Of a stretch of DNA of 64,000 nt, positions 36,955 to 50,161 are shown piece by piece. Under the pieces are notes generated by a model. That model saw only the letters and a program-made list of their open reading frames with translations, searched no databases and was not told the origin of the DNA. Numbering within the stretch: position 1 is the first letter of the stretch; every line of letters begins with the position of its first letter. The translations under genes and the position numbers were made by a program. The DNA is from Octopus vulgaris (lineage: Eukaryota). Location of the stretch: assembly GCA_951406725.2 (NCBI GenBank), contig OX597822.1, positions 97,898,001 through 97,962,000 on the forward strand. Reading direction: 5' to 3'.

Positions 36955-37237
36955 TTTTGCTTTTTCATATAAAGCTATTGAGGGTGGATGAAGGCTTACA
37001 TCTGATTAATATGAACAATTGCTTTTTTTTATAAGTATATATGTATATATATACTTACGCCTGTGCTGGTGCTTGTGTGTATGTGTTTTATGCATCCAAA
37101 TATAACCATATTACAGAGGCATATTTATATTCAGTGTGTGTCAAATCAATTAAAAGATTAAAAAAGCAATTGTTCATATTAATCAGATGTAAGCCTTCAC
37201 CCACCCTCAATAGCTTTATATGAAAAAGCAAAATTAA
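36951..37237. repeat. ~78 bp near-perfect inverted repeat next to (TA)n (present in every array unit)
   Basis: ttaattttgctttttcatataaagctattgagggtgg...aattgctttttt and its reverse complement at 37160-37237, with 1 mismatch. Confidence 0.9.
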
Positions 37238-37387
37238 AACGAAAGTAATCAACTCAGAAGAAATAAAGTTATGCAAAAAAAAAAGTTTTATTCTTAGAAA
37301 TCTAAAAATGCGTTGTATTATATTTCATAATGCTAAAATCTACAGGTATAGCCTAGATAAAGGATAACGTTGAAATTATATAAAACA

Positions 37388-37774
37388 CTAGCAGTATCGC
37401 CCAGCGTTGCTCGGGTTTGTAAGGGAAATAACTATAAAGCATTTTTAGAGAGTTATAGCCAAAAAATGCATTAAAAATGGAAAAAAAATTATGGTAAATT
37501 CTTTTAAAAATCGTTGACTCATCGTAGACATTTTTAGAGAGATACTTCTCTTTATTTAAAAAATATGCGTTAAAATGGAAAAAAAATGATGGTAAATTAT
37601 TTTTAAAATCGTAGACTCATCGTAGATGCGCGCTAATACTCAGACGGGCTCGATATGAATCACGACTATAAGATACCCGAATTTGGTTAAACTGCACCGC
37701 AAAATGTGGGAGTAGTTAGGTATCTAAATCGTAGGAGACAGACACTCACACAACTTCACTTTTATATATATAGA
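37388..37774 (-). mobile_element. Non-autonomous Helitron (also 43945-44331, 50595-50982, 57220-57606, and from 63897)
   Basis: Minus strand 5' TCTATATATATAAAAG..., 3' GC hairpin cccgagc-aac-gctggg then CTAG. Inserted between A and T with no TSD. Confidence 0.88.
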
Positions 37775-38285
37775 TTTATTTTTGAATTATTTATTAATAA
37801 AAATGTAGCTATATATATATCTTTATTATTGTGGTAGATCTAACAGAATACCTGTAGCAATAATTAATATCAGCGAATACTGCAGATTCTTTACACTCAC
37901 ACACGTGCACACGCACGCATAAACATACACACACACAAACACCCACATACAAACATACACACAAACACACACGCGCGCACAGTCAAACACACGGACAGAT
38001 GCATACATACGTTCGCATGCATGTCAATGTATGTAAGGAAGCTAAGCTAGCATATAAAGGATAAAAGAAAATATGCAAAGGAATGGATTGCACGGATACC
38101 CGTACATACATACATAGCAGCTAGAGATAAGATAATTACATTATATCAACATCTAAACATCTAAAGAAGTGTACAATTCAATATTTAATAAACATAGCAA
38201 AGCGGCGAGTTGGCAGAATCGTCAGCACATTGGGGGAAATGCTTAGCGGTACTTCGTCTGCCGCTACGTTCTGAATACTGGTCCG

Positions 38286-38358
<73 letters not shown>

Positions 38359-38492
38359 TATTTATCTATTTACCTTCTAGTTTCAGTCATTAGACTGCAG
38401 CCATTTGGGGACACCGCTTTGATGAGTTTTAATCGAACTTATCCTTTCCAGTCCTATAAACTGTGGTTTATATATATATTTATTTATTTCAA

Positions 38493-38841
38493 TAAGATGA
38501 GAAAATAGAGAAATAATTAATGAATTATTATTCATTAATTAAAAATTTGACAACATCCCTTACAGCTGTTTCAATTCTAGACCTTCAGAAAATTAATAAA
38601 ATTAAAAATTATTTGAAAGTCGAATCTCGTCGGTTTGCAGCCGCATACTCAACATGCAGGAATTGAACACCTATTTTGTTATATCTTAAACTACCTTTGA
38701 CAAGATTCGTCTTTCAAATAATTTTCAATGTTATCAATTAATTTTCTGAAGGTCTAGAAGTGAAAAAGCTGTAGGGGATGCTGTCAATTTTTTAATTAAT
38801 AGGTAATAATTTGTTAATTACCTCTCTATTTTCTTATCTTA
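38493..38841. mobile_element. Foldback element, ~140 bp arms, each carrying the 3' half of a hammerhead (in every full unit)
   Basis: Arms 38493-38630 / 38699-38841. GAAACAGCTGTAagggat on the minus strand of the left arm; GAAAAAGCTGTAggggat on the plus strand of the right arm. Confidence 0.75.
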
Positions 38842-38920
38842 CACACACACACACACATACATATATATATGTATGTGTGGTATGTGTGTGTATGTGTGTG
38901 TTTGTGTATATATAGTACAT

Positions 38921-39011
<91 letters not shown>

Positions 39012-39137
39012 TTAGCAAAAATTTAGCTTCAAATGAATATGGTACTTAATTTAGATGTACCAGAATTTTGTATGGTGTTATCCATAAAAATCCGTGGGGT
39101 GATTATAATCAAAATAAGCAACAACAATGACTCCGGT

Positions 39138-39228
39138 AATTTGGTACGATCGTTTCGTACTACATCATTTTATTAAATGTTGTAAGTATTACAACAGATG
39201 TAAGATGCTGAGTACTCATCAGCCAATT
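39138..39228 (-). ncRNA. Type I hammerhead ribozyme, canonical core, extended stem II (unit 1)
   Basis: aattgg-CTGATGA-gtact-(insert with tgttgtaa/ttacaaca hairpin)-agtac-GAAA-cgatcg-TA-ccaaatt. Confidence 0.8.
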
Positions 39229-39295
39229 ATAGAGGTTTTCCATTAATACAAACATTTTCAATATACATATATTTATGTACATATATTTATGTACA

Positions 39296-39388
<93 letters not shown>

Positions 39389-39423
39389 ATCTATCTATCT
39401 ATCTATCTATATATGTGTGTTTG

Positions 39424-39472
<49 letters not shown>

Positions 39473-39847
39473 CAAAACGTCCGTAAACCAGAAATCCCTA
39501 TACAAGTATTATGCAAAATTAGAATCCCTTCTGAGGACAACCATGCATTATCAATATTTAGTATAATGCATACCAAAATATTATGGACTATAAAGCTAAG
39601 AACCTCCGATAACTACGATACATATGGTGGATATAGATACTCCATCACATGCATACACACACACGCACACACACACATACACACATACAAATCCATTATC
39701 AGCTACCTAATGTATATCATTATGGTTTCGACACGTGATGTACTAATCACTTCGGTGGTGTGGAGTGCGTTAGAATAATACCTGGGAATGAATAAGACAA
39801 GAAGCTGGAACTAAAGGTTAGTGGAACATGATCATCACGTTCCACTA

Positions 39848-40252
39848 GGAGGAGTGGCTGTGTGGTAAGTAGCTTGTCTGCCAACCACATGGTTCCGGGT
39901 TCAGTCCCACTGTGTGGCATCTTGGGCAAGTGTCTTCTACTATAGCCTCGGGCCGACCAAAGCCTTGTGAGTGGATTTGCTAGACGGAAACTGAAAGAAG
40001 CCGGTCGTATATATATGTATATATATGTATGCGTGTGTGTGTTTGTGTGTCTGTGTTTGTCTCCTAGCATTGCTTGACAACCGATGCTGGTGTATTTATG
40101 TCCCCGTTACTTAGCGGTTCGGCAAAAGAGACCGATAGAATAAGTACTGGGCTTACAAAAGAATAAGTCCCGGGGTCGAGTTGCTCGGCTAAAGGCGGTG
40201 CTCCAGCATGGCCGCAGTCAAATGACTGAAACAAGTAAAAGAGTAAAAGAGT
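39848..40252 (+). mobile_element. SINE family A (one per full array unit)
   Basis: Near full-length match to family A. Confidence 0.9.
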
Positions 40253-40539
40253 ATCACGTGTGATTATTGTTTCATAAGCATAAGATTTGAAAACATATAT
40301 AGTTACATACGAATAACTACAAAACCTAACGAAAAAACCATATAAAAACTGGAGAAATCTTATCAAAATCGACATTGTCACCCTAAGAAATATAGATGTT
40401 GTGAAACATAGATCATTAAAACGAACTAGCAAACGAAACGTATTGAACAAAAACTATCCAATATAGACGAAAACACTTATTGCCAATATAATATAAGGAA
40501 TGATAAACGTATAGATCACTAAGAGAACACACACATATA

Positions 40540-41647
40540 GACATAATCTCATTCAAAAATAAAAGTTTTGAAAAATATCAAAAATATCAATTAAATTATA
40601 ACTGAGAGATAAGACTTTATACAAAGAAGCCACTTTCAGCTTTCCCCCACAGGCTCAAGACGGTTTTGGAACTTGGCACATGCGTTCCGCACTGAATCTC
40701 TGGGTAGGTCTTCGAACATCTTGTTCATGGCCATCAGCTCGGCTTTGGTGTTTTAGCCAGAGCGGTTGGTGTCTTTCGCAACCTCTCCCCACACATAGTA
40801 ATCTGTGGGTTACAATCGGGAGAATTAAGAGACCAGATATTGGGGTTGTTTAATTCGTAGAAATTCTCCGAGAGCCGCTTTTGACTCTTTCCACAAGTAT
40901 ATGCTTCTTTATTACCCACAAGGGGCTAAACATAGAGGGGACAAACAAGGACAGACCAACGAATTAAGTCGATTACATAGACCCCAGTGCATAATTGGTA
41001 CTTAATTTATCGACCCCGAAATGATGAAAGGCAAAGTCGACCTCGGCGGAATTTGAACTCAGAACGTACCGGCAGACGAAATACGGCTACGCATTTCGCC
41101 CGGCGTGCTAACGGTTCTGCCAGCTCGCCACCTTTCCACAAGTATAGCCACGAGCTGAATCCTGCTGCTATACGTATGGCTTTCCAATAGCAATCCTCTC
41201 CAACTAGGAATTAACCTCAGTTCCCAGCAGTTTCACATAGAAGTCTTAATTGAGCTTAAGGCCTTGTTCAAAGATGTGGGAATTAATTCTGGCGTATGGT
41301 CACAATCAGAACGCCTGCTGTTTCGCTTCCTGCTAGCCCCAGATTCGTAGTCTTCGTTGCAGTTGTCCATACCACATCTTACAACCTTTACTGTATTCGC
41401 AGAACATTGAGCTGCAGTCATGATATCAGCATTTTCATACTCGGCGCAAATCGTCATGATACAGGTATATCTTGTTCGATATTCATATAGTTTCGGGCCC
41501 TCTGTCTCAGCAAAGTTTTTTCTCAAATCCATCTTTAATCTTTATGCTCTCCAACGCCGTTCACTGTTCACAAATACATCAAGCTATTCCTGAACCAAAA
41601 GGAAAGGAAACACAAAAGATCGTCAAATTCATCCCTGATACCCTGTA
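40540..41647 (-). mobile_element. Tc1/mariner-superfamily (maT/DD37D-like) transposon remnant (one per full unit)
   Basis: TA|cagggtatcagggatgaatttgacg terminus. Motifs QQDSARGY, IWSLNSPDCNP, DYYVWG and NACAKFQNRLE...AESGFF. Confidence 0.75.
40902..41131 (-). mobile_element. SINE family B with 15 bp TSD inside the maT-like remnant
   Basis: TSD ctttccacaagtata at 40887-40901 and 41132-41146. Confidence 0.9.
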
Positions 41648-41801
41648 TATATACACTTGTATACATACATATATCCATGCATAACCATAAGACTACTCTG
41701 TTGATAACTAAATGCCATTGAAAGTCCCTTGTTTCCAGGCTAGAAACTAGCTTTTCCTCCAATATAGGCATGCACAATTTCACGTACAGCATACACACAG
41801 A

Positions 41802-41837
<36 letters not shown>

Positions 41838-42134
41838 TATTATTGAATTTGCAAATATTACTATATACGGAAGCAATTGTGTGAAGAATGCATTATATCT
41901 CAGGTAGAATGAATGTATCTTTGATATAGTTCCAGCTTAGAGCATTTCATTACGCAGTTCCTTGTTTATGCCAATGGAGAACCCTCAAGCAGGGTTGACC
42001 GGCTGAATTATTCGCTCTGCCAACTGCAATTGAGGTTACTGCATGCAACAAGGATTATTGAAACATTGCATGCTCTCCTTCCTTAGAGTTATTTTTCTAT
42101 TCATGAATGTATCCGCCTGTATGTGTGTATATCC

Positions 42135-42173
<39 letters not shown>

Positions 42174-42563
42174 ACGCGCGCACACACATATACACTCCCA
42201 CACATATGTATGCAATCATGTCTGTTTGTATGTGTGTATATATGTGTGAATACTTTTGTATATGTATGTGAATGGTATGTGTTGCATGTGAATGTTGAAC
42301 ATTTAAATCACTCTCCTGTGATGATCTGAAGACAGTAACTTAGTCAACTTCCGCTACCGTTTAATTGGATATTCTGACTTTTGCAATTATATAAATATTT
42401 TTAACTATTTAAATTTCTATTTTTAATCTTTCAATGTTTTGAGGATTAACTAAAAAAAAGAAAAAAAAAAAGAAAAAAGTTCTTTCACTAAAGGTTTCAT
42501 GTCACATTTAATCTATTTCATGTTTATGTTTGACAAAATGTCAATATTAAAGAACATTTTAAT

Positions 42564-43400
42564 GTTTTGCAAACCCTGGTGGAACAAAACCTCATCGTAA
42601 CTGTTGAGGAATTAACAGGGATGATTGGATTTTGTCATTCAACCATTCATTGACACTTGAAGGCCATCGACAAAGTCAGCGAATTGAGTCAATGGGTTCC
42701 TCACTAACTTTCCGAGTCTGATCGCGAGCAGAGAGTGAATGTGTGCTCTTCTTCGCTGTCACGTCTCACGAATGAACCTTTTTGGGACCGAATAGTGACT
42801 GGTGACGAGAAATGGGTTCTCTATAAATATGTCAAGTCTCGAAGACAGTGGGAAGGGAAAGGAGAAACACTGGCACTCCAGTCTAAAGAGGATCTTCACC
42901 CACGTAAGGTGTTGTTATCTGTTTGGTGGGATATAAAAGGTTTAGTCCACTTTCAACTTTTAAACCCAAACCAAACAATAAGAAAGGCGATCTACTGCGA
43001 GCAGCTTGAGCGGCTTAAATCATCGCTAAAAGAAAAACAACCATCTTTGGTTTCAAGACGAAAGGTGTTCTTCCATCAGGATAATGTTCTGCCACATACA
43101 ATGAGGATGACATTCCAAATGCTAGAGCAGTTTGAATGGGAAACGATTCCCCACTCACCATACCCGCCGGACATTGCCCCATCTGGTTATCATTTATTCT
43201 GCAGTCTTCAAAATCATTTGGACGGAAAAATATGAATTCTGTAGACGAGGTCAGAACAGTAGTGGAGGAGTATTTTTCGTCACGGAAAAGGGAATTTTGG
43301 AAGAGGGGCCTTGCAAGTCTATCAGATAGATGGAAGAGCATTGTAAAAAATGAAGGAGAGTATATTATAGATTAAAAAGAAGTTTGTTTACCTTAATTTC
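42564..43400 (+). pseudogene. Mariner transposase fragment, unit 2 (5'-truncated at the junction)
   Basis: Same as 35996-36830 with an extra stop (WVPH*). Confidence 0.9.
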
Positions 43401-43475
43401 AGTGAAGCTTTACATAGCATCGTATCGTTATCGACTGCTACTTCCGACAAGCATTGGTGCCTTGTTGTACCACTA

Positions 43476-43512
<37 letters not shown>

Positions 43513-44841
43513 TTTTGCTTTTTCATATAAAGCTATTGAGGGTGGATGAAGGCTTACATCTGATTAATATGAACAATTGCTTTTTTTTATAAGTATATAT
43601 GTATATATATACTTACGCCTGTGCTGGTGCTTGTGTGTATGTGTTTTATGCATCCAAATATAACCATATTACAGAGGCATATTTATATTCAGTGTGTGTC
43701 AAATCAATTAAAAGATTAAAAAAGCAATTGTTCATATTAATCAGATGTAAGCCTTCACCCACCCTCAATAGCTTTATATGAAAAAGCAAAATTAAAACGA
43801 AAGTAATCAACTCAGAAGAAATAAAGTTATGCAAAAAAAAAGTTTTATTCTTAGAAATCTAAAAATGCGTTGTATTATATTTCATAATGCTAAAATCTAC
43901 AGGTATAGCCTAGATAAAGGATAACGTTGAAATTATATAAAACACTAGCAGTATCGCCCAGCGTTGCTCGGGTTTGTAAGGGAAATAACTATAAAGCATT
44001 TTTAGAGAGTTATAGCCAAAAAATGCATTAAAAATGGAAAAAAAATTATGGTAAATTCTTTTAAAAATCGATTGACTCATCGTAGACATTTTTAGAGAGA
44101 TACTTCTCTTTATTTAAAAAATATGCGTTAAAATGGAAAAAAAATGATGGTAAATTATTTTAAAATCGTAGACTCATCGTAGATGCGCGCTAATACTCAG
44201 ACGGGCTCGATATGAATCACGACTATAAGATACCCGAATTTGGTTAAACTGCACCGCAAAATGTGGGAGTAGTTAGGTATCTAAATCGTAGGAGACAGAC
44301 ACTCACACAACTTCACTTTTATATATATAGATTTATTTTTGAATTATTTATTAATAAAAATGTAGCTATATATATATCTTTATTATTGTGGTAGATCTAA
44401 CAGAATACCTGTAGCAATAATTAATATCAGCGAATACTGCAGATTCTTTACACTCACACACGTGCACACGCACGCATAAACATACACACACACAAACACC
44501 CACATACAAACATACACACAAACACACACGCGCGCACAGTCAAACACACGGACAGATGCATACATACGTTCGCATGCATGTCAATGTATGTAAGGAAGCT
44601 AAGCTAGCATATAAAGGATAAAAGAAAATATGCAAAGGAATGGATTGCACGGATACCCGTACATACATACATAGCAGCTAGAGATAAGATAATTACATTA
44701 TATCAACATCTAAACATCTAAAGAAGTGTACAATTCAATATTTAATAAACATAGCAAAGCGGCGAGTTGGCAGAATCGTCAGCACATTGGGGGAAATGCT
44801 TAGCGGTACTTCGTCTGCCGCTACGTTCTGAATACTGGTCC

Positions 44842-44906
<65 letters not shown>

Positions 44907-45470
44907 TATATATTTATCTATTTACCTTCTAGTTTCAGTCATTAGACTGCAGCCATTTGGGGACACCGCTTTGATGAGTTTTAATCGAACTTATCCTTTC
45001 CAGTCCTATAAACTGTGGTTTATATATATATTTATTTATTTCAATAAGATGAGAAAATAGAGAAATAATTAATGAATTATTATTCATTAATTAAAAATTT
45101 GACAACATCCCTTACAGCTGTTTCAATTCTAGACCTTCAGAAAATTAATAAAATTAAAAATTATTTGAAAGTCGAATCTCGTCGGTTTGCAGCCGCATAC
45201 TCAACATGCAGGAATTGAACACCTATTTTGTTATATCTTAAACTACCTTTGACAAGATTCGTCTTTCAAATAATTTTCAATGTTATCAATTAATTTTCTG
45301 AAGGTCTAGAAGTGAAAAAGCTGTAGGGGATGCTGTCAATTTTTTAATTAATAGGTAATAATTTGTTAATTACCTCTCTATTTTCTTATCTTACACACAC
45401 ACACACACATACATATATATATGTATGTGTGGTATGTGTGTGTATGTGTGTGTTTGTGTATATATAGTAC

Positions 45471-45555
<85 letters not shown>

Positions 45556-45681
45556 TTAGCAAAAATTTAGCTTCAAATGAATATGGTACTTAATTTAGAT
45601 GTACCAGAATTTTGTATGGTGTTATCCATAAAAATCCGTGGGGTGATTATAATCAAAATAAGCAACAACAATGACTCCGGT

Positions 45682-45772
45682 AATTTGGTACGATCGTTTC
45701 GTACTACATCATTTTATTAAATGTTGTAAGTATTACAACAGATGTAAGATGCTGAGTACTCATCAGCCAATT
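45682..45772 (-). ncRNA. Hammerhead ribozyme, unit 2 copy
   Basis: Identical to 39138-39228. Confidence 0.8.
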
Positions 45773-45825
45773 ATAGAGGTTTTCCATTAATACAAACATT
45801 TTCAATATACATATATTTATGTACA

Positions 45826-45900
<75 letters not shown>

Positions 45901-45947
45901 ATATATATATATATATATCTATCTATCTATCTATATATGTGTGTTTG

Positions 45948-46010
<63 letters not shown>

Positions 46011-46033
46011 ATCTATCTATATATGTGTGTTTG

Positions 46034-46095
<62 letters not shown>

Positions 46096-48419
46096 GTCCG
46101 TAAACCAGAAATCCCTATACAAGTATTATGCAAAATTAGAATCCCTTCTGAGGACAACCATGCATTATCAATATTTAGTATAATGCATACCAAAATATTA
46201 TGGACTATAAAGCTAAGAACCTCCGATAACTACGATACATATGGTGGATATAGATACTCCATCACATGCATACACACACACGCACACACACACATACACA
46301 CATACAAATCCATTATCAGCTACCTAATGTATATCATTATGGTTTCGACACGTGATGTACTAATCACTTCGGTGGTGTGGAGTGCGTTAGAATAATACCT
46401 GGGAATGAATAAGACAAGAAGCTGGAACTAAAGGTTAGTGGAACATGACCATCACGTTCCACTAGGAGGAGTGGCTGTGTGGTAAGTAGCTTGTCTGCCA
46501 ACCACATGGTTCCGGGTTCAGTCCCACTGTGTGGCATCTTGGGCAAGTGTCTTCTACTATAGCCTCGGGCCGACCAAAGCCTTGTGAGTGGATTTGCTAG
46601 ACGGAAACTGAAAGAAGCCGGTCGTATATATATGTATATATATGTATGCGTGTGTGTGTTTGTGTGTCTGTGTTTGTCTCCTAGCATTGCTTGACAACCG
46701 ATGCTGGTGTATTTATGTCCCCCGTTACTTAGCGGTTCGGCAAAAGAGACCGATAGAATAAGTACTGGGCTTACAAAAGAATAAGTCCCGGGGTCGAGTT
46801 GCTCGGCTAAAGGCGGTGCTCCAGCATGGCCGCAGTCAAATGACTGAAACAAGTAAAAGAGTAAAAGAGTATCACGTGTGATTATTGTTTCATAAGCATA
46901 AGATTTGAAAACATATATAGTTACATACGAATAACTACAAAACCTAACGAAAAAACCATATAAAAACTGGAGAAATCTTATCAAAATCGACATTGTCACC
47001 CTAAGAAATATAGATGTTGTGAAACATAGATCATTAAAACGAACTAGCAAACGAAACGTATTGAACAAAAACTATCCAATATAGACGAAAACACTTATTG
47101 CCAATATAATATAAGGAATGATAAACGTATAGATCACTAAGAGAACACACACATATAGACATAATCTCATTCAAAAATAAAAGTTTTGAAAAATATCAAA
47201 AATATCAATTAAATTATAACTGAGAGATAAGACTTTATACAAAGAAGCCACTTTCAGCTTTCCCCCACAGGCTCAAGACGGTTTTGGAACTTGGCACATG
47301 CGTTCCGCACTGAATCTCTGGGTAGGTCTTCGAACATCTTGTTCATGGCCATCAGCTCGGCTTTGGTGTTTTAGCCAGAGCGGTTGGTGTCTTTCGCAAC
47401 CTCTCCCCACACATAGTAATCTGTGGGTTACAATCGGGAGAATTAAGAGACCAGATATTGGGGTTGTTTAATTCGTAGAAATTCTCCGAGAGCCGCTTTT
47501 GACTCTTTCCACAAGTATATGCTTCTTTATTACCCACAAGGGGCTAAACATAGAGGGGACAAACAAGGACAGACCAACGAATTAAGTCGATTACATAGAC
47601 CCCAGTGCATAATTGGTACTTAATTTATCGACCCCGAAATGATGAAAGGCAAAGTCGACCTCGGCGGAATTTGAACTCAGAACGTACCGGCAGACGAAAT
47701 ACGGCTACGCATTTCGCCCGGCGTGCTAACGGTTCTGCCAGCTCGCCACCTTTCCACAAGTATAACCACGAGCTGAATCCTGCTGCTATACGTATGGCTT
47801 TCCAATAGCAATCCTCTCCAACTAGGAATTAACCTCAGTTCCCAGCAGTTTCACATAGAAGTCTTAATTGAGCTTAAGGCCTTGTTCAAAGATGTGGGAA
47901 TTAATTCTGGCGTATGGTCACAATCAGAACGCCTGCTGTTTCGCTTCCTGCTAGCCCCAGATTCGTAGTCTTCGTTGCAGTTGTCCATACCACATCTTAC
48001 AACCTTTACTGTATTCGCAGAACATTGAGCTGCAGTCATGATATCAGCATTTTCATACTCGGCGCAAATCGTCATGATACAGGTATATCTTGTTCGATAT
48101 TCATATAGTTTCGGGCCCTCTGTCTCAGCAAAGTTTTTTCTCAAATCCATCTTTAATCTTTATGCTCTCCAACGCCGTTCACTGTTCACAAATACATCAA
48201 GCTATTCCTGAACCAAAAGGAAAGGAAACACAAAAGATCGTCAAATTCATCCCTGATACCCTGTATATATACACTTGTATACATACATATATCCATGCAT
48301 AACCATAAGACTACTCTGTTGATAACTAAATGCCATTGAAAGTCCCTTGTTTCCAGGCTAGAAACTAGCTTTTCCTCCAATATAGGCATGCACAATTTCA
48401 CGTACAGCATACACACAGA

Positions 48420-48477
<58 letters not shown>

Positions 48478-48777
48478 AAGTATTATTGAATTTGCAAATA
48501 TTACTATATACGGAAGCAATTGTGTGAAGAATGCATTATATCTCAGGTAGAATGAATGTATCTTTGATATAGTTCCAGCTTAGAGCATTTCATTACGCAG
48601 TTCCTTGTTTATGCCAATGGAGAACCCTCAAGCAGGGTTGACCGGCTGAATTATTCGCTCTGCCAACTGCAATTGAGGTTACTGCATGCAACAAGGATTA
48701 TTGAAACATTGCATGCTCTCCTTCCTTAGAGTTATTTTTCTATTCATGAATGTATCCGCCTGTATGTGTGTATATCC

Positions 48778-48822
<45 letters not shown>

Positions 48823-49210
48823 ACGCGCGCACACACATATACACTCCCACACATATGTATGCAATCATGTCTGTTTGTATGTGTGTATATATGTGTGAAT
48901 ACTTTTGTATATGTATGTGAATGGTATGTGTTGCATGTGAATGTTGAACATTTAAATCACTCTCCTGTGATGATCTGAAGACAGTAACTTAGTCAACTTC
49001 CGCTACCGTTTAATTGGATATTCTGACTTTTGCAATTATATAAATATTTTTAACTATTTAAATTTCTATTTTTAATCTTTCAATGTTTTGAGGATTAACT
49101 AAAAAAAAGAAAAAAAAAGAAAAAAGTTCTTTCACTAAAGGTTTCATGTCACATTTAATCTATTTCATGTTTATGTTTGACAAAATGTCAATATTAAAGA
49201 ACATTTTAAT

Positions 49211-50045
49211 GTTTTGCAAACCCTGGTGGAACAAAACCTCATCGTAACTGTTGAGGAATTAACAGGGATGATTGGATTTTGTCATTCAACCATTCATTGA
49301 CACTTGAAGGCCATCGACAAAGTCAGCGAATTGAGTCAATGGGTTCCTCACTAACTTTCCGAGTCTGATCGCGAGCAGAGAGTGAATGTGTGCTCTTCTT
49401 CGCTGTCACGTCTCACGAATGAACCTTTTTGGGACCGAATAGTGACTGGTGACGAGAAATGGGTTCTCTATAAATATGTCAAGTCTCGAAGACAGTGGGA
49501 AGGGAAAGGAGAAACACTGGCACTCCAGTCTAAAGAGGATCTTCACCCACGTAAGGTGTTGTTATCTGTTTGGTGGGATATAAAAGGTTTAGTCCACTTT
49601 CAACTTTTAAACCCAAACCAAACAATAAGAAAGGCGATCTACTGCGAGCAGCTTGAGCGGCTTAAATCATCGCTAAAAGAAAAACAACCATCTTTGGTTT
49701 CAAGACGAAAGGTGTTCTTCCATCAGGATAATGTTCTGCCACATACAATGAGGATGACATTCCAAATGCTAGAGCAGTTTGAATGGGAAACGATTCCCCA
49801 CTCACCATACCCGCCGGACATTGCCCCATCTGGTTATCATTTATTCTGCAGTCTTCAAAATCATTTGGACGGAAAAATATGAATTCTGTAGACGAGGTCA
49901 GAACAGTAGTGGAGGAGTATTTTTCGTCACGGAAAAGGGAATTTTGGAAGAGGGGCCTTGCAAGTCTATCAGATAGATGGAAGAGCATTGTAAAAAATGA
50001 AGGAGAGTATATTATAGATTAAAAAGAAGTTTGTTTACCTTAATT
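49211..50045 (+). pseudogene. Mariner transposase fragment, unit 3
   Basis: As unit 2. Confidence 0.9.
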
Positions 50046-50122
50046 TCAGTGAAGCTTTACATAGCATCGTATCGTTATCGACTGCTACTTCCGACAAGCA
50101 TTGGTGCCTTGTTGTACCACTA

Positions 50123-50161
<39 letters not shown>

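Noticed and set aside
37388-37774. Helitron rolling-circle origin of the 6.6 kb array
   Set aside because: The array boundary and junctions lie inside the mariner fragment, not at Helitron termini.
42318-42378. C/D box snoRNA (GTGATGA...CTGA)
   Set aside because: No terminal stem and no convincing rRNA/snRNA complementarity; such boxes occur by chance.
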